From assembly GCA_034522655.1 (NCBI GenBank), contig JAXHLD010000032.1:10530-74529 (forward strand): 64,000 nt of DNA, written 5' to 3'. The DNA comes from Burkholderiaceae bacterium. GTDB taxonomy: Bacteria > Pseudomonadota > Gammaproteobacteria > Burkholderiales > Burkholderiaceae_F. Below are positions 8,614 through 18,014 of the stretch, piece by piece. The first letter of the stretch is position 1; the number at the start of each line of letters is the position of its first letter. The position numbers and the translations under genes were made by a program. Below the pieces are notes generated by a model. It saw nothing but the letters and a program-made list of their open reading frames with translations, was not told the DNA's origin and ran no database searches.

Positions 8614-10473
8614 TCAGCGTCCGCGCAGGAACAGCCGGTCCAGGTCGCCGATCGACAACTGCACCCAGGTCGGCCGGCCGTGGTTGCACTGGTCGGCGCG
8701 CTCGGTCGCTTCCATCTCGCGCAGCAGCGCGTTCATTTCCTCGAGCGTGAGGCGGCGGTTGGCGCGCACTGCCGCGTGGCAGGCGAGCGTGCCGAGCAGT
8801 TCGTTGCGATGCTCGGTCAGCACCCGCGAGCCGCCGTACTCGCGCAGGTCGCGCAGCACGGCGCGCGCGAGGGCGGCGCCGTCGGCGCCGTCGACCGCGG
8901 CCAGCAGCGCCGGCACGGCGCGCAGCGCGAGCTGGGTCGGCGCGGCGGGGGCGAGGTCGAGGCCGATCTGCGCCAGCGTGTCCGCGTGCTCCTCGCTGCT
9001 GGCCACGTCGAGCGCATCGGCGGCGAACACCTGCGGGATCAGCAGGCGCTGCTGCGGGATCGCGTGCGCGTCGAGCTGATGCTTGAGCTTCTCGTAGACG
9101 ATGCGCTCGTGCGCCGCATGCATGTCGACGATCACCAGCCCCGCGCTGTTCTGTGCCAGCACGTAGATGCCGGCCAGTTGCGCGATCGCGTAGCCCAGCG
9201 GCGGCATGCTGGCTGCCTGCTGCGCGGGCATCGCGGCCGTCGCGGTCGGTGCGGCCACATCGGCGGGAAAGGCTGCGGAGGCAGGAGCGGCCACCGGCAC
9301 CAGCGCCGGCCGCGCGGCCATCAGGTCGAGGTAGGCGGCCACCGGCTGCGCGATGCCGAGCGGTGGCTGCAGCGGGGTCGGCGCGTAGCCGCTGCGGGCG
9401 GCGGCGAGATCGGCCAGCGACTGCACGTTGGTTGCCGTGGGCGCCGGCATGCGCACCGTCTCGGCCAGCGCCGCCTGCACCGCGTGCAGCACGAACTGAT
9501 GCACGGCGGAGGAGTCGCGCAGCCGCACCTCGATCTTGGTCGGGTGCACATTGACGTCGACGCGCGTGGGGTCGATGTCGAGGAACAGGCAGTACATCGG
9601 CTGCGATGCGCCGTGCAGCACGTCCGCATAGGCGGCGCGTACCGCATGGCTCAGCACCTTGTCGCGCACGTAGCGGCCGTTGACGTAGAAGTACTGGGCG
9701 TCGGCGCGCGCGCGGGCGGCGGTGGGCAGGCCGACCCAGCCCTGCACGCGAATGCCCGGCGCCTCGGCCTGCACGCTGCGATGGGCGGCGGCGAACTCCT
9801 CCGGCAGCAGCTTCAGCGCGCGCTCGCGCGGCGTGGCCGGCGCCAGTTGCAGCAGCGTGCGGCCGGCGTGGCTGACGCTGAACGCCACCTGCGGATGGGC
9901 GGCGGCGATGCGCTCGATCTGCGTCAGGCAATGGCCAAGCTCCGTCTGCTCGGTGCGCAGGAACTTGCGCCGGGCCGGTGTCTTGAAGAACAGATCCGCC
10001 ACCTCGACACGCGTGCCGACGCTGCCGGCCGCGGCGATCGCGCGCGCCTCGCCTTCGGCCTCGAGCGTAAAGGCGCTGTCGGCCGCGGGCGTGCGCGAAG
10101 TGATGCTGACCGCGGCGACCGATGCGATCGAGGCCAGCGCCTCGCCGCGAAAGCCGAGCGAGGCCACCGACTCGAGCTCCGCCAGCGTGGCGATCTTGCT
10201 GGTGGCATGCCGTGCCAGCGCCAGTGGCAGTTCGTCGCGCGCGATGCCGCCGCCGTTGTCGGCGACCACGATGCGCTTGATGCCACCGCCGTCCAGGCGC
10301 ACGTCGATGCGCGTGGCGCCGGCATCGAGCGCGTTCTCGATCAGTTCCTTGACCACCGACGCCGGGCGCTCGACCACCTCACCGGCGGCGATCTGGCTCA
10401 CCAGCAGGTCGGGCAGCGGCTGGATGCTGCGGCGCGCAGCCGTGTCGGAGGGCAAGGTGGCCGGTGAAGACAT
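8614..10473 (-). CDS. mutL: DNA mismatch repair endonuclease MutL
   Basis: 619-aa ORF with IAAGEVVERPASVVKELIENALDAG, DNGGGI, SLGFRGEALASI, VHPTKIEVR, and a C-terminal CNHGRPT. Confidence 0.95.
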   Translation of the reverse strand: MSSPATLPSDTAARRSIQPLPDLLVSQIAAGEVVERPASVVKELIENALDAGATRIDVRLDGGGIKRIVVADNGGGIARDELPLALARHATSKIATLAELESVASLGFRGEALASIASVAAVSITSRTPAADSAFTLEAEGEARAIAAAGSVGTRVEVADLFFKTPARRKFLRTEQTELGHCLTQIERIAAAHPQVAFSVSHAGRTLLQLAPATPRERALKLLPEEFAAAHRSVQAEAPGIRVQGWVGLPTAARARADAQYFYVNGRYVRDKVLSHAVRAAYADVLHGASQPMYCLFLDIDPTRVDVNVHPTKIEVRLRDSSAVHQFVLHAVQAALAETVRMPAPTATNVQSLADLAAARSGYAPTPLQPPLGIAQPVAAYLDLMAARPALVPVAAPASAAFPADVAAPTATAAMPAQQAASMPPLGYAIAQLAGIYVLAQNSAGLVIVDMHAAHERIVYEKLKHQLDAHAIPQQRLLIPQVFAADALDVASSEEHADTLAQIGLDLAPAAPTQLALRAVPALLAAVDGADGAALARAVLRDLREYGGSRVLTEHRNELLGTLACHAAVRANRRLTLEEMNALLREMEATERADQCNHGRPTWVQLSIGDLDRLFLRGR

Positions 10474-10648
10474 CGCGCCGATTATAGGAAGCGGCTGCGC
10501 GCGCCATCGCCGCCGGCCCCGGGTTTACCCGCTGCAGCGGCGCCGGCGCCGGGTGCGTGGCGTCGTGGCCTTTGCGCGATCGCTTGCGTATGATCAAACC
10601 ACGCGTTCAGCACTGCCCTTGCGGGGTCGGTGTGCAGGATGCGCCAAG

Positions 10649-10681
10649 AGGGCCGCGTCATGCGGCCCTTGTGTTGTCTTG
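10649..10681 (+). terminator. orphan intrinsic terminator 85 nt upstream of dedA
   Basis: agggccgc-gtcat-gcggccct followed by tgtgttgtcttg. There is no plus-strand gene upstream, because mutL is on the other strand. Confidence 0.6.
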
Positions 10682-10765
10682 ATCTGCCACGCCCGCACCG
10701 ACTGCTGCCGCGCGCCGCCGCGCCCACCACTTCGCTCGCCCAACCACTCGTTCCGACCCTCGCGC

Positions 10766-11437
10766 ATGGAAGGCATCAACTGGATCGAGCTGTTCAACGC
10801 GATGGACAAGTTCCTGATCGGCATCGTCGAGCGGAACGTGGTGATGTTCTACGTGGTGCTGTTCGCGATCTTCTTCTCGGAAACCGGGCTGGTCTTCATG
10901 ACCTTCCTGCCGGGAGACTCGCTGCTGTTCGTGGCGGGCGCGGTGAGCGCACTGCCGCAGGCCCAGGCGCAGGGCCTTAACGTCTACCTGCTGATGCTGG
11001 TGATCACGGTGGGCGCGATCCTCGGCAATACGCTCAACTACCAGATCGGCGCCTGGCTTGGCCACAAGGTCTACGACGGCAGCATCAAGTGGATTGACAA
11101 GGGCGCGCTCGACCGGACCCACGCGTTCTACGCGAAGCACGGCGGCAAGACGGTCATGGTTGCGCGCTTCGTGCCGATCGTGCGCAGCTTCGCGCCGCTG
11201 GTGGCGGGCGCCTCCGGCATGGACTACAAGAAGTTCCAGCTCTACAACGTGCTGGGCGCGCTGATCTGGGTGGTGTCGCTGGTGTATGGCGGCTACCTGT
11301 TCGGCAACGTGCCGATCATCCGCGACAACCTCGGCATCATCCTGATCGTTGGCATCGGCGTCGTGCTTGGTCCGCTGTTGATCGCCGGCCTGTTTCGCTG
11401 GGCCGCGCGCACGCTGGAGCGGCGCAAGACCGCCTGA
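10766..11437 (+). CDS. DedA family inner-membrane protein
   Basis: Tail of ORF 9722..11437 from ATG 10766: FFSETGLVFMTFLPGDSLLF...HGGKTVMVARFVPIVRSFAPLVAG. This is the SNARE-associated/DedA signature. Confidence 0.88.
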   Translation: MEGINWIELFNAMDKFLIGIVERNVVMFYVVLFAIFFSETGLVFMTFLPGDSLLFVAGAVSALPQAQAQGLNVYLLMLVITVGAILGNTLNYQIGAWLGHKVYDGSIKWIDKGALDRTHAFYAKHGGKTVMVARFVPIVRSFAPLVAGASGMDYKKFQLYNVLGALIWVVSLVYGGYLFGNVPIIRDNLGIILIVGIGVVLGPLLIAGLFRWAARTLERRKTA

Positions 11438-11487
11438 GTGCACCGCCGTCTCCGGCGGGCTGCCGCGACCGTCTCGGCCGCTGACGG

Positions 11488-12849
11488 TCAGCCGATGACG
11501 CTGCGCGCCGCCGGCGGGTGCTTCTGGAAGTGGCGCTTGATGCCGGCGAAAATCGCCGCCGCCAGCTGCTGCTGGTAGGACTCGTCCTTCAGCCGCCGCT
11601 CCTCTTCCGGGTTGCTGATGAAGGCGGTCTCGACCAGGATGGACGGGATGTCAGGCGCCCGCAGCACGGCGAAGCCGGCCTGCTCGACACGCGGCTTGTG
11701 CAACTGGTTCACGCGCTCCAGTTCACGCAGCACGGCGTTGCCGAATTTGAGGCTGTCGTTGATCTGCGCGGTGGTCGACAGGTCCAGCAGCACGCGCGCC
11801 AGGCCGGCGTCGTGCGTGCCGAGGTCGATGCCGCCGATGAGATCGGCGTCGTTCTCGCGCCGCGCCATCCACGCGGCCGCGGTGCTGGTGGCGCCGCGTT
11901 CGGACAGTGCGAACACCGACGAGCCGCGTACATCGGGCTTGATCCACGCGTCGGCGTGGATCGACACGAACAGGTCGGCGCTGACGCGCCGCGCCCGCGC
12001 CACGCGCTGGTGCAGCGGCACGAAGTAGTCGCCGTCGCGCGTCATCAGCACGCGCATGTTGGGCTCGGACTCGGCCAGCTTCTCGATCCGGCGTGCGATG
12101 GCGAGCGTGACGTTCTTCTCGTAGGTACCGCGTTTGCCGACCGCGCCCGGGTCTTCGCCGCCATGTCCGGCGTCGATGGCGAGCGTGATGATGCGGCTGG
12201 CCGGCTGGGTGCTGCGCCGCGCGCCGGGCGCGCGTTCGTGCGCCAGGTTGCGCTCCGCTGGCGTGCTGCGATCAAGGCGATCGGCGGCCTCCGTCGGCGC
12301 CGTTGCCGGCCGTGGCTCCGCGCCGGCCGTGGCGCGCTGCTCGTGCTCCTGCAGCAGCGCGAGCAGGGGGTCGACCGGCGTCAGGGAGTGCAGGTCCATC
12401 ACCAGCCGATGCTGGTACGGCCCCACCGGCGCCAGCGAGAACACCTGCGGCCGCACGTCCTGCTTCAACTCGATCACCACGCGCACCACGTGCGGCCGGT
12501 TCTGGCCGAGCCGGATGCCGGCGATGAACGGATCGTCGGCATCGATCTTTCCGACCAGTTCCTTGAAGCGCGCATTCAGCTCGATGCCATCGACATCGAT
12601 CACCAGTCGCGGCGGATTGTCGAGAGCGAAATGGTTGAAGCCGAGCGGGGCGTCGTGCTCGAGCGTGACGCGGGTGTAAGCCGGGGCGGGCCAGACACGC
12701 ACGCCGAGCAGGGTGGCGCCGCGCGCGATCTGCCAGGGCGCGAGCGACAGCGCGAGCGTGCCGACGATCAACCGCCGCCGGCCGTTTCCTTCATCGTCGT
12801 GACCGCCTGCTGCAGACATTGGACCCCTGCTTCGCTGGTGGCCGCGCAC
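11488..12849 (-). CDS. amiC: N-acetylmuramoyl-L-alanine amidase (AmiC-type, Tat signal, AMIN domain)
   Basis: RRRLIVGTLALSLAPWQIARG is Tat-like. An AMIN-like RVWPAPAYTRVTLE is present, and the amidase_3 blocks are IDAGHGGEDPGA, SIHADA and ETAFISNPEEE. An alternative start is MSAAGG at 12819. The 5' end overlaps the tsaE 3' end. Confidence 0.9.
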   Translation of the reverse strand: MRGHQRSRGPMSAAGGHDDEGNGRRRLIVGTLALSLAPWQIARGATLLGVRVWPAPAYTRVTLEHDAPLGFNHFALDNPPRLVIDVDGIELNARFKELVGKIDADDPFIAGIRLGQNRPHVVRVVIELKQDVRPQVFSLAPVGPYQHRLVMDLHSLTPVDPLLALLQEHEQRATAGAEPRPATAPTEAADRLDRSTPAERNLAHERAPGARRSTQPASRIITLAIDAGHGGEDPGAVGKRGTYEKNVTLAIARRIEKLAESEPNMRVLMTRDGDYFVPLHQRVARARRVSADLFVSIHADAWIKPDVRGSSVFALSERGATSTAAAWMARRENDADLIGGIDLGTHDAGLARVLLDLSTTAQINDSLKFGNAVLRELERVNQLHKPRVEQAGFAVLRAPDIPSILVETAFISNPEEERRLKDESYQQQLAAAIFAGIKRHFQKHPPAARSVIG

Positions 12850-13304
12850 TGCGCAGCGCGGCCCTCGTCCTTCACGTGCAACGTCACGAAGAGGTCAGGC
12901 GTTGGCAGCCGCCCCGTCACGCGTTCCGGCCATTCGACCAGGCACACGCTGCCTGCGCCGAACAGTTCTCGGAAGCCCGCTGCATCGAATTCTGCAGGTT
13001 CCGAGAAACGATAAAAATCAAAGTGATAGAAGTTTAAGCTCGAAATGACATAAGGTTCAAGCAGGGTGAAGGTCGGGCTTTTCACGGGGCCAGTCACGCC
13101 CAGTGCCCGCAGCAGCGCGCGCACCAGCACCGTCTTGCCGGCGCCGAGGTCGCCGCTGAGCCCGAGCACGAAGCCGTGCGCGCGCAGGGGATCGCGCTGC
13201 GCGTCGAGCCAGCGTGCGAGCGCGCGGCCGAAGGCAGCGGTGGCCGACTCGTCGGCCAGCGGCAGCGTCGCTTCGGCGCGCGGCGTGATCGGATTGGGTG
13301 CCAC
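12768..13304 (-). CDS. tsaE: tRNA t6A37 biosynthesis ATPase TsaE
   Basis: 178-aa ORF with GDLGAGKTVLVRALLRALGV, VKSPTFTLLEPY and HFDFYR. Confidence 0.9.
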   Translation of the reverse strand: MAPNPITPRAEATLPLADESATAAFGRALARWLDAQRDPLRAHGFVLGLSGDLGAGKTVLVRALLRALGVTGPVKSPTFTLLEPYVISSLNFYHFDFYRFSEPAEFDAAGFRELFGAGSVCLVEWPERVTGRLPTPDLFVTLHVKDEGRAAQCAATSEAGVQCLQQAVTTMKETAGGG

Positions 13305-13317
13305 CTAGAATCGATCC

Positions 13318-14487
13318 ATGAGTGAAGTCGGAGCAGCGCCGCCGCCCTCGGCGGCGCGCGACACGCCTGCGCAGGATAGCGGCGCGCACGGGCTCGATCC
13401 GGCGCAACTCGCCGCGCTGGCTGCGCGCATCCGGGCTTGGGGCGCCGAGCTCGGGTTCGGTGCGGTCGGCATCGCCGACGTGGACGTGTCGGCTGCGAGC
13501 GAGCGCCTGCGGGATTGGCTCGCGGCGGGACGCCATGGTGCGATGGACTACATGGCACGCCACGCCCCGTTGCGCGCCGACCCTTCGCGGTTGCTGCCGC
13601 CGGGTGCGGGGCCGGCGGCCTGCGTGATCAGCGTGCGGCTCGATTACCTGCCGCGCGGCAGCACACCTGACTGGGCGGCGCGCGAAGCGCAGCGTCTGGC
13701 GCATCCCGATGCGGCGGTGGTGTCGGTCTATGCACGCGGCCGCGACTATCACAAGGTGCTGCGCCAGCGCCTGCAGGCGCTGGCCGCGCGCATCGAGGCC
13801 GAGGTCGGTGCCTTCGGCTATCGCGTCTGCACCGATTCGGCGCCGGTGTTCGAGGTCGAACTGGCGTGCAAGAGCGGGCTGGGCTGGCGCGGCAAGCACA
13901 CCTTGCTGCTGGACCAGACGGCCGGTTCGATGTTCTTCCTGGGCGAGATCCTGACCGACCTGCCGCTGCCCGTCGCGCGGCCGGCCGATGCGCCGACCGG
14001 CGAACACTGCGGCACCTGCGCGCGCTGCATCGAGGTCTGCCCGACCGGCGCCATCACCGCGCCCTATGCGCTCGATGCGCGGCGCTGCATCTCGTACCTG
14101 ACGATCGAGCATCCCGATGCGATCCCGGAGGAGTTGCGGCCGCTGATCGGCAACCGCGTGTACGGCTGCGACGACTGCCAACTGGTGTGTCCGTGGAACA
14201 AGTTCGCCCGCACCGCGACGCTGCCCGACTTCGACGTGCGCCACGGCCTCGATCGCGCCGCGCTGGTCGAACTGTTCGCATGGACCGAGCAGGAGTTCGC
14301 GACGCGCCATGCGGGCAGTGCGATCCGGCGCATCGGCCATGTGCGCTGGTTACGCAACATCGCGGTCGGCCTCGGCAATGCGCCGACCTCGCCCGCGGTC
14401 ATTGCGGCCTTGCACGCACGCGCCGATCATCCGTCGGCGCTCGTGCGAGAGCACGTCGGCTGGGCCCTGGCGCGCCACGGCGATTGA
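13318..14487 (+). CDS. queG: tRNA epoxyqueuosine(34) reductase
   Basis: 389-aa ORF with two 4Fe-4S motifs (CGTCARCIEVCPTGAI and CDDCQLVCPWN) and C-terminal HEAT-like repeats. Confidence 0.9.
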   Translation: MSEVGAAPPPSAARDTPAQDSGAHGLDPAQLAALAARIRAWGAELGFGAVGIADVDVSAASERLRDWLAAGRHGAMDYMARHAPLRADPSRLLPPGAGPAACVISVRLDYLPRGSTPDWAAREAQRLAHPDAAVVSVYARGRDYHKVLRQRLQALAARIEAEVGAFGYRVCTDSAPVFEVELACKSGLGWRGKHTLLLDQTAGSMFFLGEILTDLPLPVARPADAPTGEHCGTCARCIEVCPTGAITAPYALDARRCISYLTIEHPDAIPEELRPLIGNRVYGCDDCQLVCPWNKFARTATLPDFDVRHGLDRAALVELFAWTEQEFATRHAGSAIRRIGHVRWLRNIAVGLGNAPTSPAVIAALHARADHPSALVREHVGWALARHGD

Positions 14488-14622
14488 TGCCGCTCCATCG
14501 GCGCCTAGCGCGCCGCTGCAACCGTCCGCGCCGCTTTGCTGAGGCCGCGTTCGCAGCCGCCAGCCATGCGATACGTCGGGTTCAACCGCGGGCGTCGCCC
14601 GGCGGATTGCGCCTGCACGCCC

Positions 14623-15540
14623 TCAGCTGCCGAGAGCGGTGGCGAGCGAGATCCACAGCGGCAGCGTAATCACTGCGGCCAGCGTCTGCGCCGTGATGGT
14701 GAACGCCACCGGCGCGGCGTTGCCGCCCATGCGCGCCGCCAGCACGTAGGCCGTGGATGCGGTCGGCAGGGCGGCGAACAGCACCACGAGCTGGGTCTCG
14801 ATCAGGCCCAGCCCCGCCACCTGCGCATGCGCCAGCGCCAGCGCCGGAAACGCCAGCAGCTTGATCGACGAGAAGTAGGCCAGCACGCGGCGCGGCGCAT
14901 GCATCTGGTCGAGCGTCAGGCCGGCGCCGATGCACAGCAGACCGAGCGCCAGGCCGCCGCTGCCCAGCCGGTCCAGCAGCGCGGTCGACAGCAGCGCCGG
15001 GACTTTCCAGCCGAGCAGGTTGGTCAACAGTCCGGCCACGGTCGCCACGATCAGAGGGTTGCTCGCCAGCTCGCGCAGCAGCCCGCGCTGCGCATGGCGC
15101 GCCAGCGCATAGACCGCGAAGGTGTTGGCCAGCGGCACGCACACCGCGATCACCAGCGCCAGCAGGGCCACGCCGCGCGCACCGAGCAGCGACTGCGCCA
15201 GTGCCAGCCCGATGTAGGAGTTGTAGCGGAACGCGGTCTGCACGCAGCTGGCGAACACATCGGGCGCCGGCCGCACGACGAAGCGCGCCGCGAAGCCGAG
15301 CGCCACCGCGCTCAGGAATGCGCCTACCGCGACCGCCAGCACCGTGGCCTCGGTGGCGAGCGAGAACTGCGCGCGATTGATGGCGTTGAAAAGCAGCGCC
15401 GGGAAGAGAACGTAGTAAACGAGCTTCTCGGCGCCGGTCCAGAAGCCCTTGTTGAAGCTGTCGGACCACAGGCGGCGCAGCAGCAATCCGAGCGCGATCA
15501 GCGCGAAGTCGGACAGGATCAGCAGCGCATTGGCGAGCAT
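14623..15540 (-). CDS. AEC (auxin efflux carrier) family transporter
   Basis: 305-aa polytopic membrane ORF. MLANALLILSDFALIALGLLLRR...YVLFPALLF is typical of the AEC family. Confidence 0.75.
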   Translation of the reverse strand: MLANALLILSDFALIALGLLLRRLWSDSFNKGFWTGAEKLVYYVLFPALLFNAINRAQFSLATEATVLAVAVGAFLSAVALGFAARFVVRPAPDVFASCVQTAFRYNSYIGLALAQSLLGARGVALLALVIAVCVPLANTFAVYALARHAQRGLLRELASNPLIVATVAGLLTNLLGWKVPALLSTALLDRLGSGGLALGLLCIGAGLTLDQMHAPRRVLAYFSSIKLLAFPALALAHAQVAGLGLIETQLVVLFAALPTASTAYVLAARMGGNAAPVAFTITAQTLAAVITLPLWISLATALGS

Positions 15541-15585
15541 CGGGTAGGCCGCCGCGCGCAGAGCGCAGCCCGGGCCGGGTGCACA

Positions 15586-15612
15586 AACGAAAACGCGCCC
15601 GGGGTGGGCGCG
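15586..15612 (-). terminator. intrinsic terminator downstream of tRNA-Thr
   Basis: On the minus strand: cgcgccc-acccc-gggcgcg followed by ttttcgtttgt. Confidence 0.75.
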
Positions 15613-15638
15613 GTTCGTTCGGACGTTTCCTCGCGATT

Positions 15639-15714
<76 letters not shown>

Positions 15715-15735
15715 AGCGACTCGCAAGGAGCGTCA

Positions 15736-15764
15736 ATTATAAGCGGCTCGTCGCTTGCGGCCAA
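15736..15764 (-). promoter_or_regulatory. sigma70-type promoter for tRNA-Thr
   Basis: On the minus strand: TTGGCC, then 17 nt, then TATAAT. It ends about 21 nt before the mature tRNA 5' end. Confidence 0.6.
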
Positions 15765-15798
15765 ACCGATGAAAGCTGACGATTCGGCGGTGCAAACC

Positions 15799-16719
15799 TC
15801 AAGACCGGCCGCGCAGGTCGGTCAGCGTGGCGGCCACCGTCGGCCAGGCGAGCCGTACCTTCAGCTCGCGCTTGATGCGTGCGTTGCGCAGCCGGCGCGA
15901 TTCGGCCATGAACGAGTACATCATCGGCGACACGGCGGCCTTCAGCTGCGCGCGCGGCAGCCGCGGTGGGCGGGGCAGGCCGAAGGCATCGGCCACGGCG
16001 TCGAAGTAGTCGCCCATTTTCAGCTGCGAGTCGTCCACCGCGTTGTAGGTGCGTCCGCGGCCACCGCGCATCAGCGCGGCGAGGGTGATGCGTGCGAGGT
16101 CGTCGGCATGGATGTGGTTGGTGAACTCGTCGTCGTCGGCAGCCAGTGCCGGCGTGCCGGCGCGCAGCCGGTCGAGCGGCAGGCGGTCGTGTGCGTAGAT
16201 GCCCGGCACGCGCAACACGGCGGCGCCGACGGTGCGCATCGCCTGCTCGGCGGCCACACGACGCCACGCGCGCTCATTGGCAGGAGCCAGCGGTGCGGTC
16301 TCGTCGAGCCAGGCGCTGGCGCGATCGCCATAGACGCCGGTGGTGCTGATGTACACCGCGCGCTGCGGCGGCTCGAGCGCGGCCAGCAGGCGGCGTGTGC
16401 GCGGATCGCCGCGACCGTGGTTCGGCGGTGGCGCGAGGTGGATCAGGCGTGGCGCCAGCGCGCGCAGCCGGGCGAGCGTGGCCCGGTCATCGAGATCGCC
16501 GGCCAGCGGCACGGCGCCGGCCGCGCGCAGCAGCGGCACGCGCGCGGGCGTCGAGGTCAGGGCGAACACGCGAAAGCGCCGATGCACGCGTGCGAGAATG
16601 CGCAGGCCGATATCGCCGCAGCCAACGATCAGCAAGCGCGGCATGCCGAGCTTGCGCCGCGGACTGCGTTGCCGGCCCGCCAGGTGCAGCGCGCTGGGCG
16701 CGTTCTCCGACTTCTCCAT
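15799..16719 (-). CDS. NAD(P)-dependent epimerase/dehydratase-like SDR family oxidoreductase
   Basis: 306-aa ORF with the Rossmann motif LLIVGCGDIGLRI, then YISTTGVYGD. The true start may be the internal MPRLLIVG (16644). Confidence 0.7.
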   Translation of the reverse strand: MEKSENAPSALHLAGRQRSPRRKLGMPRLLIVGCGDIGLRILARVHRRFRVFALTSTPARVPLLRAAGAVPLAGDLDDRATLARLRALAPRLIHLAPPPNHGRGDPRTRRLLAALEPPQRAVYISTTGVYGDRASAWLDETAPLAPANERAWRRVAAEQAMRTVGAAVLRVPGIYAHDRLPLDRLRAGTPALAADDDEFTNHIHADDLARITLAALMRGGRGRTYNAVDDSQLKMGDYFDAVADAFGLPRPPRLPRAQLKAAVSPMMYSFMAESRRLRNARIKRELKVRLAWPTVAATLTDLRGRS

Positions 16720-16730
16720 CGCTCGATTCT

Positions 16731-17795
16731 ATGGTCCACAAAGTCACGTTGCGGCCGTCCGGCCGCGAGTTCACCGTTGAAGGCGACGAGACCCTCCTCG
16801 CGGCCGCGCTGCGGGCCGGCATCGGCCTGCCGTACGGCTGCAAGAGCGGCACCTGCGGCACGTGCAAGAGCACGGTGCTCGAAGGGCGCTGGGACCAGGG
16901 CCCGCACGCGACGAGTGCGCTGAGCGCCGACGAGGAGGCCAAGGGCCGCGTGCTGGTGTGCTGCAGCCGGCCGCAGACCGATCTCGTGATCGAGGCACGC
17001 GAACTGACCGGCCTCGGCGACATCCCGGTCCGGAAGATGCCGTGCCGCGTGGCGAAGGTCGAGCGGCCGACCGATGACGTGGCGATCGTGTTCCTTCAGT
17101 TGCCGGCCAATGAGCGGCTGCAGTATCGCGCCGGCCAGTACATCGAGTTCATCCTGAAGGACGGCGCACGCCGCAGCTACTCGATGGCCACCGCGCCGCA
17201 TGCGGACGAGCAGATCGCGCTGCACATCCGGCACCTGCCGGGTGGCCTGTTCACCGACGCGCTGTTCGGCGCAAGAACGCCGGCCCTGAAGGAGCGCGAC
17301 ATCCTGCGCTTCGAGGGGCCGCTGGGCAGCTTCTTCCTGCGCGAGGACAGCGCCAAGCCGATCGTGCTGCTCGCCAGCGGCACGGGCTTTGCGCCGATCA
17401 AGGCGATCGCCGAGCACATCTTCCACCAGCGCGTGAACGTGGATGGGCCGAACCGGCCGGCGCGTCCGGTGGTGCTCTACTGGGGCTGCCGCACGCGCAA
17501 GGATCTGTACCTCGACGAGCTGCCGCGGCGCTGGGCGGCCGAACAGCCGAACTTCAGCTACGTGCCGGTGCTGTCGGAGCCGCGGCCCGAGGACGGCTGG
17601 ACCGGCCGCACCGGATTCGTCCACGAGGCAGTCATGGCCGATCTGCCGGACCTGTCGGGCCATCAGGTCTACGCCTGCGGAGTGCCGGTGATGGTCGATG
17701 CGGCGCGTGCCGACTTCGCCACGACGTGCGGCCTGCCACCGGACGAGTTCTTCGCCGATGCGTTCACCTCGCAGGCCGATCTCGTCAACGGTTGA
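16731..17795 (+). CDS. 2Fe-2S ferredoxin / FNR-type flavin reductase fusion (CDP-6-deoxy-3,4-glucoseen reductase-like)
   Basis: From ATG 16731: plant-type ferredoxin motif CKSGTCGTCKS...CC, then RSYSMA (the RxYS FAD motif), GPLG and ASGTGFAPI (NAD binding). Confidence 0.8.
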   Translation: MVHKVTLRPSGREFTVEGDETLLAAALRAGIGLPYGCKSGTCGTCKSTVLEGRWDQGPHATSALSADEEAKGRVLVCCSRPQTDLVIEARELTGLGDIPVRKMPCRVAKVERPTDDVAIVFLQLPANERLQYRAGQYIEFILKDGARRSYSMATAPHADEQIALHIRHLPGGLFTDALFGARTPALKERDILRFEGPLGSFFLREDSAKPIVLLASGTGFAPIKAIAEHIFHQRVNVDGPNRPARPVVLYWGCRTRKDLYLDELPRRWAAEQPNFSYVPVLSEPRPEDGWTGRTGFVHEAVMADLPDLSGHQVYACGVPVMVDAARADFATTCGLPPDEFFADAFTSQADLVNG

Positions 17796-17945
17796 CGACG
17801 CGGCCTGCGCGTGGGCATAGTTCACTTTATGTGCTCGATCCTCAACCGACGCGCGCGACGTACTGCGGCACTCCGCAGGAGTCCACGCGCCTTGAGATCG
17901 CACGGGCGGCCGGCCAGCAACCGGCGCCCCACAACAGCAGACAGG

Positions 17946-17980
17946 AAAGGGCCGCGGATTCCGCGGCCCTTTTTCTTTTC
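17946..17980 (+). terminator. intrinsic terminator about 150 nt after the reductase stop
   Basis: gggccgcgg-att-ccgcggccc followed by tttttcttttc. Confidence 0.8.
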
Positions 17981-18014
17981 CGCATCCACTGCAGCAGACA
18001 CCGAAGGAACGACG

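Noticed and set aside
8509-10467. 652-aa ORF on the plus strand opposite mutL. Similar giant antisense ORFs occur at 16629-18965, 51330-54275, 55960-58638, 1688-3451 and 36402-38066.
   Set aside because: Their translations are Arg/Ala/Gly/Pro-rich with low complexity and no motifs. They lie exactly antisense to, or out of frame with, well-supported genes. This is the usual stop-codon-poor shadow-ORF artefact of ~70% GC DNA.
12768-12849. An 82-nt overlap between the tsaE 3' end and the amiC 5' end, as a possible unusual overlapping-gene arrangement.
   Set aside because: The overlap probably shrinks with the alternative amiC start at 12819. tsaE-amiC overlaps and coupling are common, so this is not noteworthy.
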